IMG/VR virus record: IMGVR_UViG_3300031924_000072
Location: 1-47,631 of that record
Source: a virus
Lineage: Duplodnaviria; Caudoviricetes
Reading direction: 5' to 3' (one strand)
Length of the DNA: 47,631 nt
Shown here: piece by piece, positions 1 through 9,232 of the stretch
Layout of the letters: the number at the start of each line of letters is the position of its first letter
Position numbering within the stretch: position 1 is the first letter of the stretch
Program-made: the position numbers and the translations under genes
The notes under the pieces: generated by a model
Told to the model about the DNA's origin: nothing
Seen by the model: the letters and a program-made list of their open reading frames with translations, nothing else
The model's database searches: none

Positions 1-58
1 CCAGGTGGAGCAGTTTGGGTGGCCATAAGTGGAGCACTTTGGGTGGCCATCAGGGACA
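1..58 (-). mobile_element. Terminal end of an IS21-family insertion sequence (rest lies outside the window)
   Basis: Minus strand starts TGTCCCTGATGGCCACCCAAA at 58. Two 22-bp direct repeats GTGGAGCA(G/C)TTTGGGTGGCCAT at 5-26 and 29-50. TGT termini with tandem subterminal repeats are typical of IS21. It interrupts the ORF starting at 282. Confidence 0.7.
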
Positions 59-282
59 AAGATGGGTAGCGCAACACCAACAGAAGTTAGGCTCGCCCAA
101 ATCGCTCCTTGTGCCCACTCGCTTGACCCAGCAAAGCTGATGAACTCTCCCAAACGCAGGTAGTAAGCCAACCAAACCGTCAAAACGCACAAACTGAGGT
201 CGACGACCAGGGCAACGAGTCGTTTGGCAACGCGCGGCATCGCCAAGATGGGTACAACCAGCTTGAAAAAGGGCTTTTCCAT
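59..282 (-). pseudogene. 5' fragment of a WbpM/CapD/PglF-like polysaccharide biosynthesis dehydratase, interrupted by the IS
   Basis: Manual translation from ATG 282: MEKPFFKLVVPILAMPRVAKRLVALVVDLSLCVLTVWLAYYLRLGEF...ALPIF. This matches the membrane N-terminus of CapD-like proteins (PRxxKR...D...WLAxxLRL) and runs into the IS end at 58. Confidence 0.7.
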
Positions 283-301
283 TGCTTTTAGCGCCAAAAT
301 C

Positions 302-741
302 TCAGACCGCTTGGCCGGGCTGTAATGTCACCCCATCGGGAATGACAACACCATGACATAGTGACGATCCCGCTTTCATCCAGGAACTGCGCCCGAGAAC
401 AGACCCACCTGCCATACAGACGTTTAACCCACAGTGCCCGTAATCCATGACTTTTGCTTGGTGATCGACAACAGCCCCGCAGTTGACGATTGCACCCATC
501 CCTATGCTGGCTTCAGTGCCTACAACAGCGCCGGCCATAACCGTTGCACCAACTGCGACCTGCGCGCGCGGAGAAACGAATGCCTTGGGGTGAATGACTG
601 AGGCAATCTCTATGCGAGCCGCGACCAATTGTTGGATCAAGGTTTCGCGCAGATTGTTGTTCCCAATTGCCACGATGGCCTGATCACAGACGGGTCGATG
701 GTTGACCGCACTTGAGACTTGACCAAGCACGGGGTAGCCTA
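302..741 (-). pseudogene. PglD/NeuD-family sugar O/N-acetyltransferase, 5'-truncated by the prophage
   Basis: GYPVLG...AIVAIGNN..R...SVIHPKA followed by hexapeptide repeats (VGATVMAGAVVG, IVNCGAVVDH). The usual N-terminal GAGGHG segment is absent and the holin stop abuts it. Confidence 0.8.
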
Positions 742-1167
742 CCTGGGCACACCGCGCCATTTGTCGAAACTACGCGCGCCGGTGTAGCCGAGGTATCCGG
801 CACCGAAGAGCCACCACAGGCTTTCCGGCACGGCATTGAGCAGCTTGGACAGGTTTTCAGCAGCCTGGAACACCTCGGCGGGCCACCAGATGCCGATGAT
901 GCTGCCGATCACCGACAGCAGGATCACGCCGTAGATCACATACAGGAAGGTCGGGCGGGCTCGGCTGGTCCAGGGGTCGGCCGAGTTGGCTTCGGCCAGA
1001 ATGGCCGAGAGGCTCACCTGCATCTCCTGCAAGGCCTGCTGACCTTCAGCTTGAAACAAGGCGAGCTTGGCCTGCTCGCGCTGGGCTGGATCGGGAATCA
1101 GGCGGTCGATCAGTTTGGCACCGGCTTCGAAGAGGCCAGGGGCGAGCGTTGTGAAGATTGGGCTCAT
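739..1167 (-). CDS. Holin (GTA-type 3TM holin family)
   Basis: KLIDRLIPDP N-terminus, W..RARP motif, hydrophobic segments, GYLGYTGARSFDK end; last gene of the late operon. Confidence 0.8.
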   Translation of the reverse strand: MSPIFTTLAPGLFEAGAKLIDRLIPDPAQREQAKLALFQAEGQQALQEMQVSLSAILAEANSADPWTSRARPTFLYVIYGVILLSVIGSIIGIWWPAEVFQAAENLSKLLNAVPESLWWLFGAGYLGYTGARSFDKWRGVPR

Positions 1168-1454
1168 TGCGGGCCTCCGAACAGTTTGATTTTGACGATG
1201 GTGCCGGCAAGCAAGGCCAGCACGAGCCCCGTGACCAGCATCTTGACCAGCGTGAGACCGGCGGTTTTCTTGGCCTCGTTGAAGGCGTCGAGCAAATTCC
1301 TGAGCTCGCGGATGTCGTTTGCGGCATCCGGCCCATCCAGACCGACATCGGACAAGGCGTGACGCGCCCCACGTTCGGCGGCGCGCTCCAGCAGGGTTTC
1401 AAATTCGTCATGGGGCATGACCACCATGCCATCCATCAGGTGGGGTTCGTTCAT
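1164..1454 (-). CDS. Small phage protein with C-terminal TM helix (DUF6127-like)
   Basis: AAERGA..AL..VGL...A..DIRELR.LLDA pattern and C-terminal hydrophobic helix; overlaps the holin start. Confidence 0.65.
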   Translation of the reverse strand: MNEPHLMDGMVVMPHDEFETLLERAAERGARHALSDVGLDGPDAANDIRELRNLLDAFNEAKKTAGLTLVKMLVTGLVLALLAGTIVKIKLFGGPQ

Positions 1455-1465
1455 CTTCTTTCCTT

Positions 1466-3769
1466 TCAGATTGGGGCGGTGCTGCTGTCGACACTGCCAT
1501 CGGCGCTATGCACTGCCGGGTGCTCGGCCACACAGGTGATCTCCACCTGCTCGCCGCGCGGGCGCACCGCGATCACCCGGGCCAGCAAGCTCCATTGCTC
1601 GGCCACCCCGCAGGCGAAATGGGTGCGCTCGGCCGACAGGCCAGTCTCAATGGCGATGTCGGGCAGGTCTATAAAAACCACCTGCTGCGCATCACTGCCC
1701 GGTGTCACCGCATACGGACCACTGACGCCGCCATCACGGCGGCGCAATGCCATCACGTGCGGCTGTTCGGCCACGAAGGCGGCAGGCTCGGACAGCGTGG
1801 CGGTTTTTGTGTCGGCATCCCAGGCAACGATCTCGCCGCCCGCGCCCCAACTGGGCATGTCATGGGCAATGGCGATCAGGTCACCGTAGGTGGGAATCAG
1901 GCCTTCGAGCTCGGTGCGCAAGGTGATGATGCGCCGGCGATAACGGTTGGCCGCCGCCAGATACAGCCCCTCGCGCACTGCGTGGGCTTCGGTGATGCAA
2001 CCAAAGAGCCGCAGCTTGGCCGGATTGTCGCTGCTGGATCCCGGCAGGCTCACCGTCACTTCGTCTGGCTTCCAGGTGCGGCTGCTGAAAAACTCCACCG
2101 TCACCGCGTCCGCCGTCTCTTCGCCCGGCATCACGTACTGGATCTTGAGGCTGTTCTTGACGATGTTGCGCGGACTGAAGAGCGCCACGGGAAGTAGCCG
2201 GGCTTCGTCCCGCACCAGGCGCACAATGCCGCCTTGCAGAAAAGGCACCGCCCGACCACACCTGGCCACTCTGGTCAGGGCCTCCCAGACTGTGACCTGC
2301 TGGTCGAACACGCCATCGAACTGGTCGCCCCGACTGGCCCAGACCTGATCGAGTTGCGCCAAGGCAGCCAGATCGATCCGGGCATCCGGTAACTTGGCAC
2401 CGTAGCTCGCGCGTAGGATGTCGGCAAAGGCCCAGGCGATGGATCGCGTGGGCAAAGGGGCAGACCAGCCAGATTCCACCGACCAGACCGGCAGCTTGCG
2501 CGTGACGATGCAGTTGATGAGCCGACTTGACCGCTGCGACAGGTTGTCGGTGGCGCGCATGCGGATGGCGAGCAGTGTGACGTTGTCAGGGAAAGTGACG
2601 CCACCGGCCAGATAGCCCCGGGCCTCACCCCAGCGCACTTCGTGCCCAGCGCGTGAGTTGGTGTCTTTTCCATCGAGCCGCGTGGCACGCACTTCGTATC
2701 GCCCCGCAGCGACGGGATAAAGGTACGTACGCCGCTGCGGTGTGGTGGTGGCTGCCGTCAGGCTTTCACTGCCCAGCATGAACCAGTCTCCAACCGAGTC
2801 GCCTTCAGCATCAATGGCTCGGGCTTCGACCTTCCAACTGGCACTGCGGCTGTCCAGGCCGCCAGCGTCATTGGCGTAATACAGCCCACGCGGCAGCAGG
2901 ATGTCGATACCGACATGGGTGACTTCACTGTCAGCAGGGTTGATGGCAAAGCCCCCGGTCCAGGTTCCAGCCAGCAATTCCTGCCCGGCGACCTCGGGCG
3001 CAGTCACCACATCCGGATTGAAGAGCGTGACCGCGCTGCCCGGCGGGACGATCTGGTAGGTCACTTCCTCGAACGAGGACATTGGCGTGTCCTCGATACG
3101 GATCTGCTCGATGTCGTATTCGCCCAAGCCGATGCAATGCAGTTGGTGCAGGAACTGTTCATTGCCCTGGTATTCGCCATAGGGGGTAGCGGCCAGGTCG
3201 GGATAGACCAGATGGCGACCGTAGACCACCGGGATGGGTTGGGCCAGCCGCGCATAATTGCCCTGGCCTTGCAGGCTGTAGGTGGGCGACGGCTGCGCCA
3301 GACTCCCCCCTGATCCGGCAAAGGACGGCATGTTGGGCGTGGGTAGCGGCACGAGGGCGCTGACCAAGGCGGAACCCGCCGTCATGATGATGGCCGAACC
3401 GACGGCTGTGGCCAAGTTGCCGCTAAAGCCCAGGCTCGCTCCCAAGGGACCACCATAGACCGTGGCGACCACCATCACCGCGATCATCAGAACGGTGCGC
3501 AGGGGATTCTTACCACCGCCGCCACCTCCCCCGCCCTGCGGCAGGGTAATGAAGAGCACCACGCCATCGATCGGTGTGACCGCCCAATCGGCACGCAGCA
3601 CGGGTGTGCCATTCTTGATGCAGACCGTGGGCTGATCGAACTCGGCGATGCCCTGGGTGCCCATCCACTGGCGGATGGTCTGGTTGGGGTGGGCCACCAT
3701 CACTTCGCGCTGACTGGGCTGGAAGGGGTTGCGCAGCAGGACGACGGCACTTTGCTCGGCGTGAATCAC
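1466..3769 (-). CDS. Tail tip / host-specificity protein J-like (TipJ) with gpI-like N-terminus
   Basis: Likely GTG start at 3769 overlapping the NlpC stop; LPQGGGG..K, PIPVVYG and E.GDLI motifs; ~767 aa. Confidence 0.85.
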   Translation of the reverse strand: MIHAEQSAVVLLRNPFQPSQREVMVAHPNQTIRQWMGTQGIAEFDQPTVCIKNGTPVLRADWAVTPIDGVVLFITLPQGGGGGGGGKNPLRTVLMIAVMVVATVYGGPLGASLGFSGNLATAVGSAIIMTAGSALVSALVPLPTPNMPSFAGSGGSLAQPSPTYSLQGQGNYARLAQPIPVVYGRHLVYPDLAATPYGEYQGNEQFLHQLHCIGLGEYDIEQIRIEDTPMSSFEEVTYQIVPPGSAVTLFNPDVVTAPEVAGQELLAGTWTGGFAINPADSEVTHVGIDILLPRGLYYANDAGGLDSRSASWKVEARAIDAEGDSVGDWFMLGSESLTAATTTPQRRTYLYPVAAGRYEVRATRLDGKDTNSRAGHEVRWGEARGYLAGGVTFPDNVTLLAIRMRATDNLSQRSSRLINCIVTRKLPVWSVESGWSAPLPTRSIAWAFADILRASYGAKLPDARIDLAALAQLDQVWASRGDQFDGVFDQQVTVWEALTRVARCGRAVPFLQGGIVRLVRDEARLLPVALFSPRNIVKNSLKIQYVMPGEETADAVTVEFFSSRTWKPDEVTVSLPGSSSDNPAKLRLFGCITEAHAVREGLYLAAANRYRRRIITLRTELEGLIPTYGDLIAIAHDMPSWGAGGEIVAWDADTKTATLSEPAAFVAEQPHVMALRRRDGGVSGPYAVTPGSDAQQVVFIDLPDIAIETGLSAERTHFACGVAEQWSLLARVIAVRPRGEQVEITCVAEHPAVHSADGSVDSSTAPI

Positions 3770-4182
3770 TTGCTCTCCACAAATCGGTAATAGCCCTCGA
3801 CCCGCCAGCCGTGCAGCAGGAGTTCTGGCAGCTTCTGGAACACGACGCCTGCGTCCTTGACCGCGTGGAGCACACCACCGCCGTCGACCGCGAGCCACAC
3901 GCCGACATGCACCGGGTGGCGGGATTGGCGCAGCAACACAGCATCGCCCTCGGTGGGTTGCGCCACCACTGCCCAGCGTTGCCGCTCGGGATGGTCGCGG
4001 AAGGTGGTCATCACGGTGCGCAGGTCGTTGGCATTGACCGGGATTTCCGGCAAGTCACGGCCAAAGTGCTCGCGCTGGATGGCGAGGAACAGGCCCCAGC
4101 AATCGAATGCATCCGGGCCACGCGCACCGGCGTGCCAAGGCCGACCGATGAGCTCGGTCGCCCAATGGGGTGTCGGGTTCAT
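3766..4182 (-). CDS. NlpC/P60 tail assembly protein (gpK-like)
   Basis: GP.AFDCWGL, HVGVW and VLHA motifs. Confidence 0.88.
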   Translation of the reverse strand: MNPTPHWATELIGRPWHAGARGPDAFDCWGLFLAIQREHFGRDLPEIPVNANDLRTVMTTFRDHPERQRWAVVAQPTEGDAVLLRQSRHPVHVGVWLAVDGGGVLHAVKDAGVVFQKLPELLLHGWRVEGYYRFVESK

Positions 4183-4721
4183 CGGGTCAAGCCCGGGAAG
4201 GTTTTGGCGGTATAGCTGATACCCGGAAACGCCTTGTTGCCCACATCCAGCATGCGGGCACGCCCTGTCACCCGAAAGATGTCGGCTTCGACCTCGGTCA
4301 GCACCAGGTGGATAGGTGGGTCCATCTGTGGCCCTTCCAGATCGGTGGACAGGTACGGCCGGTAAGTCACCTCGATCACCGACTGCGACTCGGCGGCCGC
4401 ATCCAGGTGGCGCACTATTTCGCGCGACACGTTATCGAGCGTCACAGTGATTTCCGGCACCGGCATGGTGTCCACTGGCGGCAAGTCCAGCTCAAAGCCC
4501 ATGGCCACGAATTGCACGCGCTCGCCGGCTTGCAGCGGGGCTTGCGATTCCAGCCGAGCCCACAGATCACTGGTGTCGCGCACCACCCGAATGGCAACCA
4601 ACTGACCTGCGTCGTCGACGAAGGCCGGATGGCGCAATTCAAGGGTATGCAGGATGATCTGTTCAGAGGGAGCGCTGGCGTAGGCCTCCTTGATGGCTTC
4701 TGATAAAGCAGCGTTGGGCAT
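4179..4721 (-). CDS. Minor tail protein (DUF1833, gpL-like position)
   Basis: EAYASA..LHTLEL.HP, LDNV, YRPYLSTDL..P and FPGL end; position upstream of NlpC. Confidence 0.8.
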   Translation of the reverse strand: MPNAALSEAIKEAYASAPSEQIILHTLELRHPAFVDDAGQLVAIRVVRDTSDLWARLESQAPLQAGERVQFVAMGFELDLPPVDTMPVPEITVTLDNVSREIVRHLDAAAESQSVIEVTYRPYLSTDLEGPQMDPPIHLVLTEVEADIFRVTGRARMLDVGNKAFPGISYTAKTFPGLTR

Positions 4722-4734
4722 CAGAGATCACCGC

Positions 4735-6381
4735 TCACAGGATGACGGGGTAAGGCACGTAGCTGGTTTCGCTGTCGTCCTCGGGCAACTGCGCTTCGCC
4801 GGCATAGCCGCTGGCCAGCACCTGGCCATCGTCGAGCAGAAACACCAGGCCCTGCTCAGAGCTGGACCCATAGGACGAAAGATCAACCACGCGACGCTGC
4901 GCAATGCGCACCAGTTCCACGCTGCTGCGGTTGGTGGCGTCGCCCAGTCCGAGTGCCCCGTTGCCGTTGTAACCCCAGGCGTAGACGGTGCCGTTTTCCA
5001 ATAAAGCAGCGCCATAGTTGTAGGAGCCGGTGCCGCCATGCACGGCTTTGACTACGGTATTGCCCACCGGCACTTGCACGAAGTTGCCGCTGTTGCTGCC
5101 GTTGGCGTTTCCCCAGTAAGCACCAGCACCGCAGGCCCACAGCGTCTTGTCGGTTTTCTTGAGGTAAGTGAGCGGATAGTCGTAACTGCCGGTGTAAGCA
5201 TCGGCCACGTTGGTGGCCACCTGTATCGGGGTGAACTGGTTGGCAAGATTACCGTTTCCCAATTGACCGTAGTCGTTGGTGCCCCAAGCATGCAGGGTAC
5301 CGGTACTGTCCAAAGCAAATGCATGTACATAAGCACCGAACACCTTGACGATGGTTTTGCCAGCGAGACTGCCCCCCGCACGCGGCATGGCGACGTTGGC
5401 CTGGTTGCTGCTGCCATCGCCCAACTGCCCGTTGCCGTTGTATCCCCACGAGTACAAAGTGCCATCGTTCTTGACGGCGTAATAGGCGGTGTAACGCTCG
5501 CGCCCGGCGGCAATCTGGGTGATGCCGGCAAGCACCGGTAACTGCACCAAGTTGTTGCGCTGGGTGGTATCGCCCACGCCCAGCTGCCCATAACCGTTGT
5601 AGCCGCAAGCATGCACAGTGCCATCGCTGCACAGGACCAAGGTGCTGTTGTAACCCTCAGTGCCGCAGTTCAGTGCCAGCTGGATCACGGTTTTGCCGGC
5701 AATTGAGTTGCTGGCATTGGCACTCATGTTGTACGGCACCGGCTGGTTGGTCGTGCTGCTAGTACCGAGTTGGCCGTAACCGTTATAGCCCCAGCCCCAT
5801 AGCTGCCCGTTCTTGTCGATGCAGTAGCCGTTGGTGTCCTGGCTGTAACAGAGTTTCGAAGCCCCCGGAAACCCGGGCGGGAATGCGGTGCGTGCTGGGT
5901 ACGAGCGCGCATAGGTGGTCCCATCGCCCAGCTTCCAGTTGGCATTGCGCCCCCAGGCGCGGATGCTGCCATCGGTCATGATCAGACCGAACTGGCGGTA
6001 GCTGTTGGGTTGTGTGTTGCTTGCGTTTTCTGGCAATTTCAGCGCCTTGGTGCCTGAGCGCACATCGGGTGTCGCCCACACCGGTACGCCCTGTGCACCA
6101 ATGGTCAGCACCTGCCCGGCTTGGCCCACGGGCAAAGCGACCAGCTGGTTGCCATCGAAGTAGATGACCTCCCCCGGCAGGCTCGAGACCCCTTGGGTGC
6201 CTTGCGCAAACAGATCCCAAGCCGGGGAATTGGCGTGTGGTGTCACGCTCGTGGTGGCATCGGCGAGGCATACAAAGCTATCGCCGTTGTGGCCGACCAC
6301 GTCCTGGCGGGCGTAAGTGGCACTGGCGTCATACGCACCCCGCCAGGTAAAGGCAATCTTGCCCAGAGAAACGGTTCCCAT
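4735..6381 (-). CDS. RCC1/BLIP-II repeat beta-propeller tail-associated protein 2
   Basis: Multiple (L/V)xxWGxNxxGQLG repeats; N-terminal WRGAY...Y..QDVV module. Confidence 0.85.
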   Translation of the reverse strand: MGTVSLGKIAFTWRGAYDASATYARQDVVGHNGDSFVCLADATTSVTPHANSPAWDLFAQGTQGVSSLPGEVIYFDGNQLVALPVGQAGQVLTIGAQGVPVWATPDVRSGTKALKLPENASNTQPNSYRQFGLIMTDGSIRAWGRNANWKLGDGTTYARSYPARTAFPPGFPGASKLCYSQDTNGYCIDKNGQLWGWGYNGYGQLGTSSTTNQPVPYNMSANASNSIAGKTVIQLALNCGTEGYNSTLVLCSDGTVHACGYNGYGQLGVGDTTQRNNLVQLPVLAGITQIAAGRERYTAYYAVKNDGTLYSWGYNGNGQLGDGSSNQANVAMPRAGGSLAGKTIVKVFGAYVHAFALDSTGTLHAWGTNDYGQLGNGNLANQFTPIQVATNVADAYTGSYDYPLTYLKKTDKTLWACGAGAYWGNANGSNSGNFVQVPVGNTVVKAVHGGTGSYNYGAALLENGTVYAWGYNGNGALGLGDATNRSSVELVRIAQRRVVDLSSYGSSSEQGLVFLLDDGQVLASGYAGEAQLPEDDSETSYVPYPVIL

Positions 6382-6413
6382 GAATAGTCCTTGAAGAAAT
6401 GGAAAATCGGAAT

Positions 6414-8087
6414 TCAGAACAAGATCGGGGACGGGGCGTAGCGATGGTCGTTGTCATCGTCACCCGTCTGGCCGTAACCCCCATAGCCGGTCGACATCAC
6501 TTGCCCATCGGCGGTGAGGAAGTGGTAGGCGGACTCGTGGTACGCCCCACCCTCGGTGCAACCGACATGGCCCGAACGCGAGAAGTCCACGATCGGCCGA
6601 TCAATCAGCACGAAACTGTTGGGTGTCTGCGATTCATTGGCGTAGCCATTACCCGCGCACCCCGTGGAACCCATGCCCCATCCGACCGCCTTGCCGTCCG
6701 ATCGCAAGGCCATGGCTGAAGAGCCATAACACCCCCCATACATGCGCAGCTTTTTGACTTGGGTGAGAGCGTCGCCGCCGATGGTTACCCAAGAGCTGCG
6801 GTTGCCGTTGCCGCCTCCGATGTTGAAGCCGTCGTAGCCGGTATGGCGTATCGTGCCGTCCTGCATCAGCGCCAGGGTGCGACCATAACCTCCGGATATC
6901 GCGTATGCATCGACCACGCCATCGAGTACCTTGTAGGGAAACAGGACGTGGCCCGTGAAGATGTCCCCCGTGTATCCAGTCCCCCAAATCCCCGAGGTCT
7001 GGCCGCTGTCATGTCCCCAGCGATAGAGCGCACCATCTTCCAGAATAACCCCGTAGCTGCGGTAGTACTGACTACCCGCGACCCAATGGGCATCGGACTC
7101 GGAGCAGAAGACTTTCTTGACGCGCTTCTCGGTTCCCCAGGGCATCAACAAGCGATGAGTGGATTGGTCACTGCCAAAACCTGTCGAATTGGCTTCGCCG
7201 GCAACCCAGAGTTTTCCGGTGTGGTCGATCAGGTAGCTGGCCGCATAGGTTCCGCCAGAGAGGAAGACTTCTTTGATCGGCGTGTCTGCCGTAAATGGCA
7301 CCAAGCGGGGCGTCGAGACATTCGACGTATGCCCGAGGCCGAGGCTGCCTTGCTGGTTGTAGCCCCAGACATAAACCCGACCTTGCGCGTCCAGACAGGC
7401 TGCGGTGCGATAGCCGAAATAGTCGTGCCCCGTGAAGACCCGTTTGACAACAGCGTTGCTCGGCAGATCGCCATAACCGTTGATCTTTCTGGGCACGGGG
7501 TTGGCACTGCCGGTACCGGAAGCCAGACCCGCATCGTTGCCCCCGGCATGCCAAAGACCGCCATCGACATCAAGGAAAAAGCTGTCATCCCAGACGCAGG
7601 TGGCGGACACGATGCGTGGTGTTCCTGGCGGAAATGCCGTGCGCGCCGGGAAGGTGCGACCGATGTCACCCGTATTTCCCGTGCCCTGCTGGCCGTTGAC
7701 CGCCCGGCCCCAGGCGCGCACCGATCCATCGTTCATGATGGCCGCCATGAAATAGCTGGAGCTGTGCCGATCGGCAGCAGCCCGATCGGTGTTCATCAAG
7801 GCCGTGGCGATCGTGCCGTTGCGGTCGGCCATGAAGCGGAACTCCACACTTCCAGCGCCGTTGGAGTGGAGCACCATGCTACCGATCCCGCCCACAGACA
7901 CCCCACCGGTGAGTAAATGTCCCTTGAGCACAGCATCCTGCTGGCCGAGCGCAAAGGGCTGCGGCTGGCCATGGCGTATCACCCAGGCGCCGCCTTCCTT
8001 GAAGACCACATCCCCATCGCGGTAACTGAGATACGGGGAGTAGATGCCACACCAGCGATAGCCGAGCGCCGAGATATCGAGATTCAC
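6414..8087 (-). CDS. RCC1/BLIP-II repeat beta-propeller tail-associated protein 1
   Basis: DGSVRAWG..NGQQG, VYVWGYNQQGSLGLG and MSTGYGGYGQTG repeats; N-terminal WCGIY...Y.DGDVV module. Confidence 0.8.
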   Translation of the reverse strand: MNLDISALGYRWCGIYSPYLSYRDGDVVFKEGGAWVIRHGQPQPFALGQQDAVLKGHLLTGGVSVGGIGSMVLHSNGAGSVEFRFMADRNGTIATALMNTDRAAADRHSSSYFMAAIMNDGSVRAWGRAVNGQQGTGNTGDIGRTFPARTAFPPGTPRIVSATCVWDDSFFLDVDGGLWHAGGNDAGLASGTGSANPVPRKINGYGDLPSNAVVKRVFTGHDYFGYRTAACLDAQGRVYVWGYNQQGSLGLGHTSNVSTPRLVPFTADTPIKEVFLSGGTYAASYLIDHTGKLWVAGEANSTGFGSDQSTHRLLMPWGTEKRVKKVFCSESDAHWVAGSQYYRSYGVILEDGALYRWGHDSGQTSGIWGTGYTGDIFTGHVLFPYKVLDGVVDAYAISGGYGRTLALMQDGTIRHTGYDGFNIGGGNGNRSSWVTIGGDALTQVKKLRMYGGCYGSSAMALRSDGKAVGWGMGSTGCAGNGYANESQTPNSFVLIDRPIVDFSRSGHVGCTEGGAYHESAYHFLTADGQVMSTGYGGYGQTGDDDNDHRYAPSPILF

Positions 8088-8722
8088 AGTTGTACCTCCA
8101 GCGCGTTGTTGTGAATCGCGAAGGTCACGCCTTCGGTCAGCGTCCAGGCCAGGAAGTCCTGGACATCAACATCGGCATCACGCCCTTCGGTGAGCAGCAA
8201 CTCCGAGCCGTCGCTGGACAGATGAAATCCGTAGAAACGCGGCAAGGCGGCGGTATTGACCAACTCGTAGCCGGATTCATCGGCCTTGACCTTCAAAAGC
8301 ATGCCGCGTGCGCCGGTCAAGGAGTCGGGAAAGCCAACCGCCAACAGACGAGCGATGACCTGCTGCAACACGCTTTCCGCATCGACCAGGATCTGATTGC
8401 CGCTGGTCTGGACTAACTGCAGCACGGCATTGGTGTCGGTGACGCCTTGGCTGGCGGCAGACTGTGCACGGTCGGCTTCGCTCGAAGACAACTCCGCCGA
8501 GGTCAGTGCATCCTGGGCGGCAGATTGGCTTTGCGCGAGGATGCCTTGGGCCGCGAAGTTGATGCGGGCATCGGCATCATTCAGCAGCTTGGCCACGGTA
8601 ACGACAGTGCCACCTTCGGTGCTCACCGTCTCAAGGGAACTGCCATGCACAACGGCATGCAACAGCGCACTGTCGGTCGCCACCCGCGTGACGGCATCGT
8701 GCAGATCGGTTTGTAGGCTCAT
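8084..8722 (-). CDS. Tail fibre/adaptor N-terminal-like protein
   Basis: VHG....V.TEGG.V..VAK motif seen at fibre/spike N-termini; Ala-rich coiled coil; translationally coupled to the RCC1 gene. Confidence 0.55.
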   Translation of the reverse strand: MSLQTDLHDAVTRVATDSALLHAVVHGSSLETVSTEGGTVVTVAKLLNDADARINFAAQGILAQSQSAAQDALTSAELSSSEADRAQSAASQGVTDTNAVLQLVQTSGNQILVDAESVLQQVIARLLAVGFPDSLTGARGMLLKVKADESGYELVNTAALPRFYGFHLSSDGSELLLTEGRDADVDVQDFLAWTLTEGVTFAIHNNALEVQL

Positions 8723-8736
8723 GTCAATTTTTCGAG

Positions 8737-9222
8737 TCAGATTTGAACAGGCAGATGTCGCGGCAAAGTGACATGCACCAGCTGGTGCAGCTCGCCGCGC
8801 ATCGCGAAGAGGTCGTCAGCGTTCAGCTCCAGCATCAGGTTGAGCGCACCTTCATCGAGCGTGGGCCGCTCGCGGATTTCAAGCTCGCCTTTGACGTCCC
8901 AGCGCCGGGCCGAGCGCAGCTGGGCTTCGAACTGGCGGGTGAAACGGGCTTCGTGGGGCAAGAGGCCCAGACCGCCGAGCAAGGTGATCTCGAACCACTG
9001 CCCGCCCTCATCGGCGTGGTACTTGTACCAAGCCTCGAACAGCGCAAACTCAAACTCGCTAAACAGCCAGCGCACGGTGATGCGCGTGGGCGTTTGCCGA
9101 AAGCGGCGACGCTGGCGCGCTGGGCCCGATTCCATGTCGGTGCGCAGCACGGCTTCTTGCGGCGTGAGGCCATAGCCTTCGACCGAGGGCAACGGCAGTG
9201 TTGTAGGCCAGGTGATGTTCAT
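8737..9222 (-). CDS. Minor tail protein (distal tail / gpM-like position)
   Basis: WP..LPLP...GY, RTDMESGPARQRRRF and G..WF motifs; directly follows the tape measure gene. Confidence 0.75.
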   Translation of the reverse strand: MNITWPTTLPLPSVEGYGLTPQEAVLRTDMESGPARQRRRFRQTPTRITVRWLFSEFEFALFEAWYKYHADEGGQWFEITLLGGLGLLPHEARFTRQFEAQLRSARRWDVKGELEIRERPTLDEGALNLMLELNADDLFAMRGELHQLVHVTLPRHLPVQI

Positions 9223-9232
9223 GCACACCTCC

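Noticed and set aside
5-50. Tandem 22-bp repeats as a CRISPR array
   Set aside because: Only a 2-nt spacer and two copies, ending in a TGT terminus; fits an IS21 end. No cas operon is present.
741-745. ACCTG as the att core (also at 47588-47592)
   Set aside because: It would remove the holin stop in the excised form and run the ORF through the terminator. GCCTA is preferred, but ACCTG is not excluded.
4735-8087. Diversity-generating retroelement or shufflon acting on the paired tail genes
   Set aside because: No reverse transcriptase, no near-identical TR/VR pair, and no invertase or inverted crossover sites nearby.
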